A stretch of 64,000 nt of DNA from Paraspadella gotoi (Eukaryota; Animalia; Chaetognatha): positions 4,337,779-4,401,778 of the forward strand of contig CM119265.1 in the NCBI GenBank assembly GCA_051294375.1, written 5' to 3'. A model generated the notes under the pieces. It worked only from the letters and a program-made list of their open reading frames with translations. It did not search any database and was not told where the DNA came from. Position 1 is the stretch's first letter. Every line of letters begins with the position of its first letter. Position numbers and translations under genes: made by a program. Positions 61,477 through 64,000 of the stretch are shown here, piece by piece.

Positions 61477-63912
61477 CTAACTTCCTTCATCGGAACGATA
61501 ACTCGACACTGTGAAGGGTCGCATCCACCGCGAGACTCTCCACCTCCGCCACTCCTCGTTAGCGGCGATTTTTCTGCGGGCGTCGTAATCATCTTTTTCA
61601 TTAACCGCTCGGACGAAAAGCGGAAAAAAAAAAAATCCCCAAGCGAAGTCGTAATCGACCTCATTAAAATGCTTATTAGGCGGGCAAAGGTGGTCGGGCT
61701 GGTCGGGCTGGACGGGCCTGGTCGGGCAGTCCGTCTCTCGTCGGTCGTTCCGATGGCCGGGGTATCATCGTTTCCTCATTGGCGGGTAAAAATATCGGGG
61801 ATTGGGCGGGGATCGGGCGGGGATCGAGGAGGGGATGAAATGACTCGTTAAACTAGCTGAGGTCGGTCAGTCGGTCAAAGACGAAGACGATTTTAACTTC
61901 CTTAATTAGCTAGATTAATTAGATTAATTAGCTTAATTAATTAGAAATAGTTAAGTTTCTTCTTTTCTTCTCCCAACGCTATTTGTTTCTTTTCTCCTTT
62001 TCAGATGAATACATTTATTCGACTTTGTTCGCAATCTGTTTTCAAAACCGATCTTGAATTTTACCCCATTTTTTTTCCCGCTCGTTTCATTTTCCCACCC
62101 CCCCATAATTTCTCTCGTCTTTTTCCACAGATTGTAACTATTTAATCACTCTCTGCTCTCTTGGTTACGTCGTCGTCGTCGTCGTCGTCATAAGGCTCGT
62201 TCAACGATCACGGTTCATTTCAATTCAATCAGAATTCACCATTCAAACACGTTCGTGTCCTGATATATCAAAATTTCCAGGATTTTCGTCATTTTTTATC
62301 AGATATTTACAACTAATATGCAATTTTTATCCAAACAACATATATATCGCCTTTAATTCCTTTAATCCCAACTAACTTCCTGCCCTACCGCCTCTTTGAT
62401 CGCGCCATCCTCGCTCCGCCCGCCATCTGTCGCGACGCGCTTCGCTCAACTCTCCCCCACCCACCGCCCCCCACCCTTTTGTCAACACGACGATCGATGG
62501 ACGCTTCATTTCCTTCTTGTTTACATTCTTTGGAACGACGCCAGATGCCGACCTCGGGGCGATTGGGGGGGTGGTGGCGGTGTTGGAGTTTGGAAGGTGC
62601 GTGGTGGGAAAAGAGTGAACGCCCCGGGCCGCCGTAAATTTCGAAAGGACAACAACAACAACGAAACAACGGCGGCGCCTCCTCGCCTCGTGCCGTTCAC
62701 TCTCAAGTTCGCCTTTCACCCCAGCTTTCGCTCCCATCATCGAGCCGATGGAAAATATTCCCCGGGATCGAGTGTCGAAGCGGCCACATTTTTCGGTCGC
62801 CGCCGGCGTCGTTTCCACGCTACATATGCGACGCCATAAGGACGCCTCATTTGACGCCGGGTCGGAGTTGGACTCGGGCGGAGTCAACCGACGCGGAATT
62901 TCAACGGGCGCCTTGGAAAATCCATCATAAAGGAAAGACGCGTATTGGGACTAGATGATTTTATTTTCACGTGACAAACTTTGGATCTGCAATAGTTTAT
63001 AAGGTTTGATTACTGACAAACTTAAGCAAGATTATTAAGAAATTAATAATCGTCTCTTGACTGTAAACGAAAAAAGAAGCATACCCATACCATATCTCCG
63101 TAGCAATATTGTAACATGATATGCCATGCCATAATATGCTCCAGCGCTATCTTTTCAAGTGACACTACTAAGCGGCTGACACGACCAAAGGAGAAAACGC
63201 TCAAAATGCACTCTCTACGAGTCCGATGATTCCCCCATCAAACTTGACTCTCTTTTGTTAGAAGTAGGGTAACCGCTGAGAGATTTCTCCCCTCCAAAAT
63301 TGCATTCCATTCAGTCTTAAGAGCAGCGGACTCAGATGGGCCGCCCAGCCCAGCCGCCCCCGCCACCGCCTCGCCGCCTCTTCACTTTCGTTTCGTTCGT
63401 TGTTCGTCGTGACATGAGAGCTGAAAGGCAACTGTGTCGCACGTTCTCGTCTTTTGCGTAGCGTCAACTACTTAACAACTAATTAAATGAGACGCAACTG
63501 TTTGCTCGTCTTACTTGCCCAATTGCGAGGTACTATGCATATTGCATAAGGACTGGACAAAAGCCAATTCCTTTTACCTTTTAACGTTAAGTTTTGTAGC
63601 ATGCACAAAGAAAATGAATATGTTTACAATAATTAGACTAGTCTTCATTCATTAGCTCGAATCACGAAAATCTCATTTATGACTCAGTGAGGATAACCTA
63701 CTACGACGTTTCTCTCACCCTCGACATGACCATCCTTTCTGCTCGGACCAACCGTCCAACACCCGCCGCGACCCTTAGTAGATCCGGAAGTGGATCCCGG
63801 CGCCGATAAAAGATGAAAAATGAACCCGCAAGAAACCGACCTTGTTCCTGGAAATCAGTCGGCCGGCACTGCTGGGTCTCTCTCTCTCTCTCTTCTCTCT
63901 CTTCTCTCTCTC

Positions 63913-63952
<40 letters not shown>

Positions 63953-64000
63953 CGCTCTCTTCTCTCTCTCTCTCTCGCTCCTCGTCTTCTCTCTTCTCTG

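Overview
Repeat-rich, AT-rich eukaryotic (probably invertebrate animal) draft scaffold with 13 N-gaps and many microsatellites ((AG)n, (TTTC)n, (GAC)n, (AAAT)n). One protein-coding gene is well supported: a two-exon, ~645-aa atypical short-chain dehydrogenase/reductase on the minus strand (44683-43046 + 42850-42551, 195-nt GT-AG intron). It has a Cys4 motif, a TGGRIKIG Rossmann variant and HPHTNMAK in place of the catalytic YxxxK; from memory this subfamily is mostly microbial, so it is a horizontal-transfer candidate. A frameshift-riddled inverted copy lies at 26981-29134. About 43 kb (20055-63476) consists of two large fold-back palindromes (centres ~35.7-36.4 kb and ~56.65 kb) plus a third copy of a 1.7-kb segment. 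Indel-dominated arm differences and 25-N/10-N gaps point to amplification or long-read chimeras rather than real duplications, leaving roughly 22 kb of unique sequence there. Other elements: a minimal type I hammerhead ribozyme of the Penelope-associated kind (3836-3878, minus), two tRNA-derived SINE-like families, a fold-back MITE, LINE remnants, DINE-1/Helentron-like pieces and a recurring 16-bp GC-rich motif at 3.5-10.4 kb. No CRISPR array, rRNA or intact tRNA was seen. Most ORFs in the supplied track are microsatellite or N-gap read-through. I cannot support a new multi-gene system here.
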